Positions 19,679 through 28,677 of a stretch of 33,752 nt of DNA are shown one piece after another. Origin of the DNA: Gemmatimonadota bacterium (lineage in GTDB: Bacteria > Gemmatimonadota > Gemmatimonadetes > JACCXV01 > JAHWKZ01). The position numbers and the translations under genes were made by a program. The stretch's first letter is position 1, and each line of letters opens with the position of its first letter. The stretch spans positions 1 to 33,752 of the forward strand of contig JBDHIC010000021.1 in NCBI GenBank assembly GCA_039589035.1, in the 5' to 3' direction. The notes under the pieces were generated by a model that worked only from the letters and a program-made list of their open reading frames with translations, was not told where the DNA came from and searched no databases.

Positions 19679-20996
19679 GTGAACCGGAATCGACCGGCTG
19701 GATGGGCAGCACGAGTCCTGACGGGCTCGCTTCTCATCCTTTTTGGGATGATCGCGGGGTCCACCTCGCTGGCTGCCCAAGAACAGGATGTGCGGGTGGG
19801 GATCCGCGGCTACGTTGACGAAAAGATCAACATCGCGATTGATGATGTGACGCCGACCTCGTCGGCGGCTCAAACAGTGGCCAACATTTTGGCATTTGAT
19901 CTCGATTTTTCGCTCCGTTTCAATGTCATATCCGGCCGCGCGCAAGCCGGCGTTGTTCGCACTGCCGGGTCGGTCGACTACGAGGCGTGGTCGATTTTCG
20001 GCACCCGCTATTTGGTCAAAGCGTCGCTCAATCCGTCGAGTGCCGGGTTCGCTGCCGACATCGAACTCCACAACGTGCCCTTCCAGCAACAGATCCGGAC
20101 GTTGTCGTATGCGCTCCCGGATCTGGGGTCGCCCAATTTTCGGATGACCGTCCACGAGATCTCAAATGAGATTATCCGCGAATTCGCCAGTCGCCGGCGC
20201 GGCGACAAAGAGATCTTTGTTACCGACTACGACGGTCAGAATCCGTACCGCGTCACCCGACTCGATACGATCTCGATGACTCCGGATTGGAGCGCCGACG
20301 GGGCAGACATCTGCTTTACGACTTTTGTGCGCGGCAACGCGGACCTCTACTGCGCCGCATCCAGTGGTGGACGCGCACGGCCGCTGTCGGATCGCAAGGG
20401 GCTCAACATCGCGCCCGCCTGGTCACCCGACGGCCGGCGAATGGCTCTAACGCTGACGAAGGACGGCAACGCCGAGCTGTATGTGCTGGACGTTGGTCGC
20501 CGCAGTCTCAGACGGCTGACGTACAATCTCGGGATCGATACAGCGCCCAGCTGGTCGCAAAACGGGCGCCGAATCGTCTTCGAATCCGATCGCGGCGGTC
20601 GGAGTCAGATCTTCGTGATGGATGCTGAGGGCGCGAACTTGAAGCAGCTGGCGTTCGGCAATGAAGCCCACTCGCCGGAGTGGTCGCCCCAGGGTGACCG
20701 GATCGCTTACGTCGAGCGCATTAGCGGGCGCTTCCAGATCGTGACAATTGGCGTCAATGGCGATGGGCGGACGGTGCTAACCTCGACCGGCGACAACGAA
20801 GATCCTTCCTGGTCTCCCGACGGTCAACGAAGATCCTTCCTGGTCTCCCGACGGTTTGCACATCGCATTCTCGTCGACGCGGAGTGGCCCATCGGACATC
20901 TACACTATGGATTGGAACGGCCAGCACATTCGGCCAGTGACTCGCGGAGGCGGGTATCATAGCCCGAGCTGGTCGCCGCATCTCGGAGATAGATGA
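19679..20996 (+). CDS. tolB: Tol-Pal system beta-propeller protein TolB; C-terminus frameshifted as assembled by a 31-nt tandem duplication
   Basis: Signal peptide and repeated xWSPDG blades. The encoded ORF stops at 20962. Removing one repeat copy restores ...SWSPDGLHIAFSSTRSGPSDIYTMDWNGQ...SPSWSP with a stop at 20994-20996. Confidence 0.88.
20794..20855 (+). repeat. Exact 31-nt tandem direct duplication inside tolB
   Basis: CAACGAAGATCCTTCCTGGTCTCCCGACGGT occurs at 20794-20824 and again immediately at 20825-20855. Confidence 0.97.
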
Positions 20997-21156
20997 TCGG
21001 TTCATGGCGGATAACCGACCCCATTGGAGGTGCGCCGCGTTCGGGCTATCTTGGAACCCGAAGGCCTACTATCACAATCGAGCATCTCAGTCATGGCAGG
21101 CGGCTCGGCCGTCTGAGAGCATGTTTGAACTGAGCGCCCCACGAGGAGGAGCCCCG

Positions 21157-21675
21157 ATGGCCGGACGCAAGCTGACGCTGCTGGCGGCAGGAGCACTGGT
21201 GTTCACAATCGCTTCGACTGGTTGCGGTAAGAAGCAAGTCAATACTGATGACCGCGATCGCACTCCGCCCCCGGTGGTTGAGCAACCCACCGAAGACACG
21301 ACCGACGATGCCGAGATGGCTCGCGAGGCTGCGATGAACGCAATCGGCGCGATGATTTTCTTCGACTTTGATCGGTCCGACTTGAGAGAGGATTCGCGCG
21401 GCACACTACAGCGCAAGGCGGAGGCCTTGCGGGAGTTTCCCGAGGTCGATGTGAGGATCGAGGGTCACGCCGACGAGCGCGGCACGATCGAGTACAACCT
21501 CGCGCTCGGCGAGCGTCGTGCGGACTCCGCTCGACGGTACCTGATCGATCTCGGCATCGATCCGGATCGTCTGACGACTGTCAGCTACGGCGAAGAACGC
21601 CCGATGACGCCGGGTTCTAATGAGGCCGCTTGGGCGGACAATCGGCGCGACGAGTTTATCGCGGCGCCCAACTAA
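21157..21675 (+). CDS. pal: Peptidoglycan-associated lipoprotein Pal (OmpA-like domain)
   Basis: MAGRKLTLLAAGALVFTIASTGC lipobox. FDFDRSDL...RIEGHADERGTIEYNLALGERRA. ATG 21157 lies 7 nt after AGGAGGA. The ORF-track start at 21004 is an upstream extension. Confidence 0.92.
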   Translation: MAGRKLTLLAAGALVFTIASTGCGKKQVNTDDRDRTPPPVVEQPTEDTTDDAEMAREAAMNAIGAMIFFDFDRSDLREDSRGTLQRKAEALREFPEVDVRIEGHADERGTIEYNLALGERRADSARRYLIDLGIDPDRLTTVSYGEERPMTPGSNEAAWADNRRDEFIAAPN

Positions 21676-21677
21676 GG

Positions 21678-22412
21678 ATGGTCGTGCGGAGAAGAACCAG
21701 GTACGCAGCGTCGGTCGGTGCCGGGTGCGTTGCGGTGGTGTTTGGTCTTACGGGTTGCGCCACTCGGGGCGACGTCGATGACCTGATGTTCGAGCACCAG
21801 CGCATCCAGCAGCGACAGGACGACGTGCAGGCGCAGATGGACCAGCTCGCGGAGAGCGTCACCCGACTTCTGCAGGCGATTCGCGCCGATTTCAAGGCTG
21901 ACCTGGGAGCTCTCCGTCAGGAGATGAACGCCGTTGAAGCGGCGCTCAGAGGCGCCGAGAGCCAGATGGATGAGCTCAAGCGATACCAACCCCGGGCCGA
22001 GCCCCAGGTAATGACGCCGGCGGATACAACGGACTTGAGGGGTATCGATGAGATCGGGCTCTACAACGAGGCGGTCACCGACTATCAACAAGGGCGCCTG
22101 AACCTCGCGCGCGAGGGCTTTATCGAGTACTTGCGCCTCTTTCCTGCCGGTCTCAGCGCGTCGGATGCGCAATACTGGATCGGGATCATTGCGTACGATC
22201 AACGGCGTTACGACGAAGCTGTGACCGAGCTCCGGAAGGTGCCCGACCGGTATCCCGAGAGCAGCAAGGCAGCGCCCGCGCTCCGCAAGATCGGCGATGC
22301 CTACCGTGCTCAAGGTGACACCGAGCGCGGGCGGGCCGCCTACCGCGAGCTCGTAGAGCGTTACCCGAACTCTTCCGAGGCCGAGGCCGCACGGCGCGAG
22401 CTCGGTAGCTAG
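21678..22412 (+). CDS. cpoB: Tol-Pal system protein CpoB/YbgF (coiled coil plus TPR), lipoprotein-type signal
   Basis: MVVRRRTRYAASVGAGCVAVVFGLTGC, then a coiled-coil region and C-terminal TPR (YNEAVTDYQQGR..., YWIGIIAYDQRRYDEA). Position after pal. Confidence 0.85.
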   Translation: MVVRRRTRYAASVGAGCVAVVFGLTGCATRGDVDDLMFEHQRIQQRQDDVQAQMDQLAESVTRLLQAIRADFKADLGALRQEMNAVEAALRGAESQMDELKRYQPRAEPQVMTPADTTDLRGIDEIGLYNEAVTDYQQGRLNLAREGFIEYLRLFPAGLSASDAQYWIGIIAYDQRRYDEAVTELRKVPDRYPESSKAAPALRKIGDAYRAQGDTERGRAAYRELVERYPNSSEAEAARRELGS

Positions 22413-22421
22413 GACACCCCC

Positions 22422-22898
22422 GTGCGCTGCCCCTTCTGCGGATCCGGGGAGGACCGGGTGGTCGACACCCGATCCAGCAGAGGGGGACGCGCGACCCGGC
22501 GCCGTCGCGAATGTCTGAAATGCGCTAAGCGTTTCACAACGTACGAGTCCATCGATCACGTTCCGCGTCAGGTCGTAAAGCACGACGGTCGGCACGAAGC
22601 CTACGACCGCCAGAAGCTGCTCATGGGCATGGTTACCGCCTGCACCAAGCGACCGGTAAACCTTGAGACGATCGAGGCTGCGGTTGACCGGATCGAGGAG
22701 CGACTGGAGGAGCGACTCGAGCAGACCGGTCGTTCAGAGATCCAAAGCGAGTGGCTCGGCGAACAGGTGATGGCCGAGCTCCAGCACATCGATCAGGTGG
22801 CCTATATCCGGTTTGCGTCCGTTTACCGGAAGTTCCAGAACCTCACCGAGTTTATGGACGAGCTCGAGGAGCTGACCGAGGCCTCCGGGGAGGCCTAG
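22422..22898 (+). CDS. nrdR: Transcriptional repressor NrdR
   Basis: MRCPFCGSGEDRVVDTR...RRRECLKCAKRFTTYE zinc ribbon plus ATP-cone. Confidence 0.95.
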   Translation: MRCPFCGSGEDRVVDTRSSRGGRATRRRRECLKCAKRFTTYESIDHVPRQVVKHDGRHEAYDRQKLLMGMVTACTKRPVNLETIEAAVDRIEERLEERLEQTGRSEIQSEWLGEQVMAELQHIDQVAYIRFASVYRKFQNLTEFMDELEELTEASGEA

Positions 22899-22900
22899 GG

Positions 22901-23725
22901 GTGGCGATCCCAAAGCCGAGCCCCGAGGGAACGATGTCGTTCCTGGATCACCTCGAGGAACTGCGACTGCGGATCCTGTGGAGCCTGGGTACGCTAGCGG
23001 TCTTGTCGCTGGCAGGTTTTTGGCTCACCACCCAGTTTGGTGTCCTTGAGTTGTTGACGCGTCCCGTGCGCCCGCTGCTGGACGCTGGTCGACTCGCGTA
23101 CTTGAGTCCCACCGAACCTTTCATGGTCACGCTCAAGGTTGGGATCTTTGTCGGCGTTGTCCTGGCGCTTCCCGTGCTGTTCTATCATTTCTGGCGTTTC
23201 GTTGCGCCCGGGTTGTTGGAGAACGAGCGGCGCATCTTCTTTCCGGCACTCATCGGGTCCGTGCTGCTCTTCGTCGGCGGTGCAGCCCTGGCTTTCTTCA
23301 TTGTGCTTCCGCTGGCACTTCGGTTCTTCCTCGGGTTCTCCGAGGAGGCCCTGATCCCAGTGATCACGATCAATGACTATTTCACCTTCGCGATCCGGAT
23401 AACGCTGGTTTTTGGCGCCGTTTTTGAGACTCCTCTCGTTGTGATTGTTCTCACCTACGTAGGATTATTGTCACCGAGGACAATCCGTCGTTATCGCCGT
23501 CACGCGATCGCTGGCATGGCGATTCTGGCTGCGCTGTTGACACCGGCAGACATCTTCTCGATGGTCCTCATGCTCATCCCGCTCTATGTATTGTTTGAGC
23601 TGAGCCTGGTGTTTGCGACGCTGATCGAACGGCGCCAGGAGCGGCGCGCGGCGCAGTCACTGACGGGGGGCGGGCTGTCGCCAGCTGACAAGGACGACGG
23701 GCTGGAGCAGCCATCCGATGCGTAG
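22901..23725 (+). CDS. tatC: Twin-arginine translocase subunit TatC
   Basis: MSFLDHLEELRLRILWS... with 6 TM. Start is either GTG 22901 (GGGGAGG 7 nt upstream) or ATG 22934. The ORF-track start at 22751 overlaps nrdR. Confidence 0.9.
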   Translation: MAIPKPSPEGTMSFLDHLEELRLRILWSLGTLAVLSLAGFWLTTQFGVLELLTRPVRPLLDAGRLAYLSPTEPFMVTLKVGIFVGVVLALPVLFYHFWRFVAPGLLENERRIFFPALIGSVLLFVGGAALAFFIVLPLALRFFLGFSEEALIPVITINDYFTFAIRITLVFGAVFETPLVVIVLTYVGLLSPRTIRRYRRHAIAGMAILAALLTPADIFSMVLMLIPLYVLFELSLVFATLIERRQERRAAQSLTGGGLSPADKDDGLEQPSDA

Positions 23726-26336
23726 CCGTTCGACCGTCCTGATGGTGGTGCTGTTGGTGCTGGGCTGGACGGACTCGGGACGGGGCCAGGAAGAGATCCC
23801 CGATGATGGCTTGGTGGGGACGATCCCGTCGCCAGATGAGACGTATGAGATCCTGATGAACCGCGCCGGTGGCAGCGACAGCCTACCAGGACCCAGCGGC
23901 GGTCCTATCGAGTATCAGGGACAGCGGCTTCTGTTCTATCCCGAGGGCGAGGTTATCCTGCTCGAAGGTGATGCTTCGACCGAACAGGCTGGGACGGAGC
24001 TCAAAGCGGACCGAATACTTTTTCGCAGTCGCGAGGGCGTAGTGGAGGCATTTGGCGAGGCATCTGTCAGCCGCGGACCCTCCGAGCTCAAGGCAGACTC
24101 GTTGTTTTACGATCGGCAGTCCGAAACGGTCGCTACGTTCGGCGCGTCTGCACTCAGCGAAGGTCAGTCGGTAACGGAAGGCCTGGACCTGAAGTACGAT
24201 CTCAATCGCCGCAGTGGTCGGTTAGGCGCCGGCGTCACGACCTACGTCCCCTGGATCCTGACCGGCGATGACATGGAAAAAATCGGCGACTCGACATACT
24301 TGGTTCAGGATGGGTACTTCACCACCTGTGATCTTGATGTCCCGCACTATACATTTCGCAGTACCGACATCAAGCTGCGGCAAGAAGATGTCATCGTTGC
24401 CTCACCGGTGGTGCTGTATTTCTCTGATATCCCGGTGTTCTATCTGCCATGGTACGTTGAGCCGGCCACTCGTGGACGCCACTCCGGATTTCTCCGACCG
24501 CAGATCGGAATTAGCACACTGATTCTCAATAGTGGTCGCGAGCGCAACGTCCGCGATCTCGGCTACTACTATGTCATTAATGACTATGCCGATGCTGCTG
24601 TGAGCGCCGACTGGTACGCTGAGTCGCGATTTATTCTACGAGTCGATTCGCGTTACAACATGCGCCACAGTTTTCGGGGGGACTTACACTACGAATCAGT
24701 TTGGAACCGTCTCGACGATGAATCCTCACAGCTCATTCGTTACTCGCACGATCATACATTTAGCCGTAGCACAAGGGGTAGTGTAGACGTCAACTGGTCG
24801 AGTCGGCGTTCGTTTCTGAGGCGTAACTCGTTTGACCCCGATGAGATCCTCCAGCGTGCGTTTCGGTCGGCGGCCAACTACAGTACGCGCTTCGGATGGG
24901 GATCTTTTGTAGCCGGCGGCGATGCCGACTTTCGACTCGATTCCAATCGCACAACGTTCAGGATTCCCGATGTCAGGCTGTCGATCAACCAACGCCCCCT
25001 TTGGGGGCGCCGAACACGAGGCGCTGCTGGGGAGGGTCGACCGTTGTGGCAGATCCTCCAATACAGCGCCAGCACATCGTTCGTTGCCACGGTTGAGCAG
25101 GCGCAAGTGGATAGTCTTGGGAACGCGCTGACGACGATCCCGACTGACAGTCTGGGAAACGAGATCGAAACCGATCGCGAGACGATTCGAAATGAACAAG
25201 ACATGAGCGGGCGATTCACCCTGAGCGGACCGCTCAATCTGTTTGGCGTCCTCAAAGCGACACCGTCAGCGAGCTACAATATGTCGCTCCAGAACGATCA
25301 GCTTGCCGAGGACGAAAACCTCGGCGGCCGGGGGCAGTTCTCAACCGCAGTGAGTTTCTCGACGAAATTCTTCCGCGTTTACGACTCGGGACTCGGACCG
25401 GTCAGAAGATGGCGACATACGGTGAGCCCGAGTGTTGGCTTCAACTACTCTCCCAAGGCAAACCTGTTCGGCGCGCGAGATACGGAGTCAGCCCGAGAAG
25501 CGCTCACGGACGTCTTGACAGCGAATGTCAGCTTCTCTCAAGACCTGGATGTCAAAGTGCGACAAGGCGATGAGAGAGAGGAGCTTGCCGATGACGATAG
25601 TGGGGGAGAGGGAAGTGAAGAAGAAGAGCAGGAAGAGCGGACCCGGACGATCAATCTCTTGAATGTGACGAATACTTTCTCGTACGATTTCGTTCGCGCG
25701 CGCGAACCTGATCAACTCGGCTGGCGGAACTTGAGTACGCGTCTAACGACCGGTGTAGGGCGTAGCTTCAGCGTTTCTTCTTCGTTTGACACTGAGCTGG
25801 TCAAACAGGCAGCGTCGCGTGAAACTTTTAATCCGTTCATCCGGCGGGTCACGACTGATTTCTCGGTCCGTGGTGGTGGGTCCCAGGGATCGTTTCGTCA
25901 ACGTGGGTTCGACGATCGTCGTCAGGGGCGCGATGTCGTTGCAGGACGGGGAACAGACGAGGAAACCGCCGAGGCCGCCGAGGCTTTGGAAGAAGCCGAG
26001 CTGGAGGGTCAGGGATTCGGCCCTTGGTCGTTGAACTTAACGCACTCGTGGTCGCGAACCCGCAGCGGTGATAACAACCGACAGAGTCTAGGGATAGGAG
26101 CGTCGCTCCTGCCGAGCCCACACTGGAGCTTGAACTATCGAACGACCTACGACGTGACCAGTGGATCGTTTCAGGGGCAGACGTTGGCGTTGGTTCGCAA
26201 CCTCCACGAATGGCAAGCGACACTTGGGGTTAACATCTTTCCCGCCGAACCGCAGGACCGTGTTCAGATATCGTTCTCTGTCTTTTTGCGAGATGTTCCT
26301 GACCTTGAGCTTCCCTACCGGGTGCGACGAGAGTAG
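23718..26336 (+). CDS. lptD: LPS-assembly outer-membrane protein LptD (OstA N-domain plus large beta-barrel)
   Basis: 872 aa with signal peptide. OstA-like repeats (LKADRILF..., LKADSLFYD...). GYFTTCDLDVPHYTF...PVFYLPWY...RHSGFLRPQIG. Confidence 0.85.
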   Translation: MRSRSTVLMVVLLVLGWTDSGRGQEEIPDDGLVGTIPSPDETYEILMNRAGGSDSLPGPSGGPIEYQGQRLLFYPEGEVILLEGDASTEQAGTELKADRILFRSREGVVEAFGEASVSRGPSELKADSLFYDRQSETVATFGASALSEGQSVTEGLDLKYDLNRRSGRLGAGVTTYVPWILTGDDMEKIGDSTYLVQDGYFTTCDLDVPHYTFRSTDIKLRQEDVIVASPVVLYFSDIPVFYLPWYVEPATRGRHSGFLRPQIGISTLILNSGRERNVRDLGYYYVINDYADAAVSADWYAESRFILRVDSRYNMRHSFRGDLHYESVWNRLDDESSQLIRYSHDHTFSRSTRGSVDVNWSSRRSFLRRNSFDPDEILQRAFRSAANYSTRFGWGSFVAGGDADFRLDSNRTTFRIPDVRLSINQRPLWGRRTRGAAGEGRPLWQILQYSASTSFVATVEQAQVDSLGNALTTIPTDSLGNEIETDRETIRNEQDMSGRFTLSGPLNLFGVLKATPSASYNMSLQNDQLAEDENLGGRGQFSTAVSFSTKFFRVYDSGLGPVRRWRHTVSPSVGFNYSPKANLFGARDTESAREALTDVLTANVSFSQDLDVKVRQGDEREELADDDSGGEGSEEEEQEERTRTINLLNVTNTFSYDFVRAREPDQLGWRNLSTRLTTGVGRSFSVSSSFDTELVKQAASRETFNPFIRRVTTDFSVRGGGSQGSFRQRGFDDRRQGRDVVAGRGTDEETAEAAEALEEAELEGQGFGPWSLNLTHSWSRTRSGDNNRQSLGIGASLLPSPHWSLNYRTTYDVTSGSFQGQTLALVRNLHEWQATLGVNIFPAEPQDRVQISFSVFLRDVPDLELPYRVRRE

Positions 26337-26345
26337 CGATTCCGC

Positions 26346-27932
26346 GTGAAAGAGATGACAACCGAGGATCCGATGAATCCGGAGCAACACAGTGGTGAGA
26401 CCGTCGTTGTCGATGGGCGAAGTTTATCGCTGGACTCTGTAGAGCGGGTAGCTCGCGCCGGGACGCGTGTGGAGCTGGAAAATGGAGCTCGAGACCGGAT
26501 GGTCGCTTCGCGGAAGATCGTCGAACAAGCGGTCGCGGAGGGGCGGGTGGTTTACGGGGTGTCGACCGGTTTTGGAAAACTGAGTGACCGCGTGATCCCA
26601 GAGAAGGATCTGGCCAGGCTCCAGATCAATCTGTTGCGCAGTCACGCTGTAGGTTTGGGTGAGCCATTCGATGAGCCCAGCGCGCGTGCAATCATGTTAC
26701 TGCGAGCTAACACCCTTGCGGGTGGGTTGTGCGGCGTTCGCCCGGTGGTCTGCGAGCGGCTGCTTGATCTTCTCAATGCTGATGTCACTCCGTGGATCCC
26801 GACCCGTGGATCAGTCGGGGCGAGCGGTGATCTGGCGCCGCTGGCGCATCTCGGTCTGGCGTTGATAGGAGAGGGCGAAGTCTATCGAGACGGTAGACCG
26901 GTCGCGGCGGCAGATGTTGCGGCAGTGAGTGGGGTTGAGCCGCTGACGCTCGAGGCCAAGGAGGGCCTGTCGCTGATCAATGGCACTCAGGTAATGACCG
27001 GAGTCGGTGTCTTGACGCTACTGGCAGCGGAGCGCGTCGTCGCCGCGGCGGAGGTCGCCGGTGCTATGTCACTGGATGCCACCTGTGGGACTCGATCGGC
27101 GTTTGGCGAGGCGATTCACACTGCTCGCCCTCATCCTGGACAGCGGCTGTCCGCGGCGCACCTTCGGAAGCTTTTGGGCGACGAGAGCGACATTTCGCGA
27201 TCGCATTCCGACTGCGGTGTTGTTCAAGACGCCTACTCGTTTCGGTGCATGCCCCAGGTTCACGGGGCGGTTCGTGATGCGCTGCGCTACGTGCGCAGCG
27301 TTCTTGAAATAGAGATCAACGCCGCCACGGACAATCCGCTCGTGTTTGTCGACGGAGACGATCCGCATGGTGGGGCTGTGGTATCAGGGGGCAACTTCCA
27401 TGGAGCACCGGTCGCTGCCGCACTCGATTTCCTAGCTACTGCCGTGACTGACTTGGCCTCAATATCCGAACGTCGGATCGAGGCCTTGATTGATACCAGG
27501 GAAAGTGGGCTACCCGCCTTTTTGGCCAACAAGCCAGGACTTGAGTCGGGCTTCATGGCGCAGCAGATAGTAGCTGCCGCGCTCGTAAGTGAGTGTAAGG
27601 GGCTGGCTCATCCTGCGAGTGTGGATTCGATTCCGACCGGTGCCGATCGCGAGGACCACGTTTCAATGGGCGCTTGGGCCGCTCAAAAGGCACGGATGGT
27701 GGTGGACAATGCTGAGCGTGTTATAGCCATCGAGCTCCTAGCTGCCGCTCAAGGTATCGACTTCAGGCGTCCACTCAAGACGAGTCCGAGCCTTGAGGAG
27801 GCGCACCGACACATCCGAGCCGAGGTTCCTAGGATAGATACCGACCGCTCAGGCTCGGCGGATACAGAGGCTCTCGTGGGGATGATCCGATCGGGTACTC
27901 TCCTAAGGTTGGGTGCCGGAGGCAGCTTGTGA
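26346..27932 (+). CDS. hutH: Histidine ammonia-lyase
   Basis: MIO-forming GSVGASGDLAPLAHL. The LLRSHAVGLG (Ser-His) selectivity context favours HAL over PAL/TAL. Several possible starts (26346, 26355, 26373). Confidence 0.9.
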   Translation: MKEMTTEDPMNPEQHSGETVVVDGRSLSLDSVERVARAGTRVELENGARDRMVASRKIVEQAVAEGRVVYGVSTGFGKLSDRVIPEKDLARLQINLLRSHAVGLGEPFDEPSARAIMLLRANTLAGGLCGVRPVVCERLLDLLNADVTPWIPTRGSVGASGDLAPLAHLGLALIGEGEVYRDGRPVAAADVAAVSGVEPLTLEAKEGLSLINGTQVMTGVGVLTLLAAERVVAAAEVAGAMSLDATCGTRSAFGEAIHTARPHPGQRLSAAHLRKLLGDESDISRSHSDCGVVQDAYSFRCMPQVHGAVRDALRYVRSVLEIEINAATDNPLVFVDGDDPHGGAVVSGGNFHGAPVAAALDFLATAVTDLASISERRIEALIDTRESGLPAFLANKPGLESGFMAQQIVAAALVSECKGLAHPASVDSIPTGADREDHVSMGAWAAQKARMVVDNAERVIAIELLAAAQGIDFRRPLKTSPSLEEAHRHIRAEVPRIDTDRSGSADTEALVGMIRSGTLLRLGAGGSL

Positions 27933-28117
27933 CTGCGCTCGAAATGCGTCCGACCTGTGAGCGATGCGGTGTCTCTCTTTCTCCTGGTGGGAGCGCGTAC
28001 ATCTGCAGCTACGAATGCACCTATTGCATTGAGTGTACTCAAAAGTTGGGTCATCGATGTTCCAATTGCGGCGGCCAACTCGTCCGCCGGTCCACACGAT
28101 CCGAAGATGATGCGTGA
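27929..28117 (+). CDS. DUF1272-family cysteine-rich small protein
   Basis: 62 aa: RPTCERCGVSL...ICSYECTYCIECT...CSNCGGQLVRR matches the remembered DUF1272 pattern. GTGA overlap with the hutH stop. Confidence 0.7.
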   Translation: MTALEMRPTCERCGVSLSPGGSAYICSYECTYCIECTQKLGHRCSNCGGQLVRRSTRSEDDA

Positions 28118-28532
28118 GGAGCTTCTGACGGGCGGGTGTCTCTGCGGTGCGGTCAGGTACGAGGTTCGAGGACCATTCTTGCGAGTCAGCCATTGTCACT
28201 GCTCACGTTGTCGTCGTCATTCGGGCACAGCCATGTCCACCCAGGGTAGGGTGAGACGTGAACACTTTCGACTGGTTGAAGGTGCAAAGTCAATTCGCAG
28301 CTACCGAGTCGAGGGGCATGCGAGCAAGGCGTTTTGCAAGGTCTGTGGTTCGAGTCTGTTCGGTGGTGATTGGCCGGATGGCATGGAGGTTTCAATCCGC
28401 TTTGGCTCGCTAGATGGCGATCCGGGGATTGTACCGCAGTTTCACACTTTTGTCGGCTCCAAAACAGCTTGGGACGAGATCCGCGACGACCTACCGCAGT
28501 ATCCCGGCCCGGTGCCCCCCGGGCTTCGATAA
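28107..28532 (+). CDS. GFA / CENP-V family protein (glutathione-dependent formaldehyde-activating enzyme fold)
   Basis: MMREELLTGGCLCGAVRYEV...CHCSRCRRHSG...CKVCGS zinc-site pattern. Overlaps the DUF1272 gene by 11 nt. The ORF-track start at 27957 is an out-of-context extension. Confidence 0.8.
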   Translation: MMREELLTGGCLCGAVRYEVRGPFLRVSHCHCSRCRRHSGTAMSTQGRVRREHFRLVEGAKSIRSYRVEGHASKAFCKVCGSSLFGGDWPDGMEVSIRFGSLDGDPGIVPQFHTFVGSKTAWDEIRDDLPQYPGPVPPGLR

Positions 28533-28596
28533 CCCCAGTCTCACCGCTCTACAGACGGCCCAACGCCTTGTAAATCAGCATCTTAAGCCCGGACAG

Positions 28597-28624
28597 TTGA
28601 CATGTCGTCTAAAGGGTATAAGCT
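28597..28624 (+). promoter_or_regulatory. Candidate sigma70-type promoter for the 242-aa ORF
   Basis: Perfect TTGACA (28597-28602), 16-nt spacer, TAAGCT (28619-28624). It sits in a 145-nt gap after a long tightly packed gene run. Confidence 0.25.
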
Positions 28625-28677
28625 TTTTGATTCGCTTTTGCTCCCTGGTTTAATGGCGTTTCGGAGGTGTTGAAGAA

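Noticed and set aside
21672-22595. 307-aa minus-strand ORF spanning cpoB and nrdR
   Set aside because: It is antisense to two well-supported genes and crosses their intergenic boundary. No motifs. A high-GC open-frame artefact.
25110-25159. DSLGN peptide repeated in LptD
   Set aside because: The nucleotide copies differ (gatagtcttgggaac versus gacagtctgggaaac) and are separated by 20 nt. An ordinary short internal similarity.
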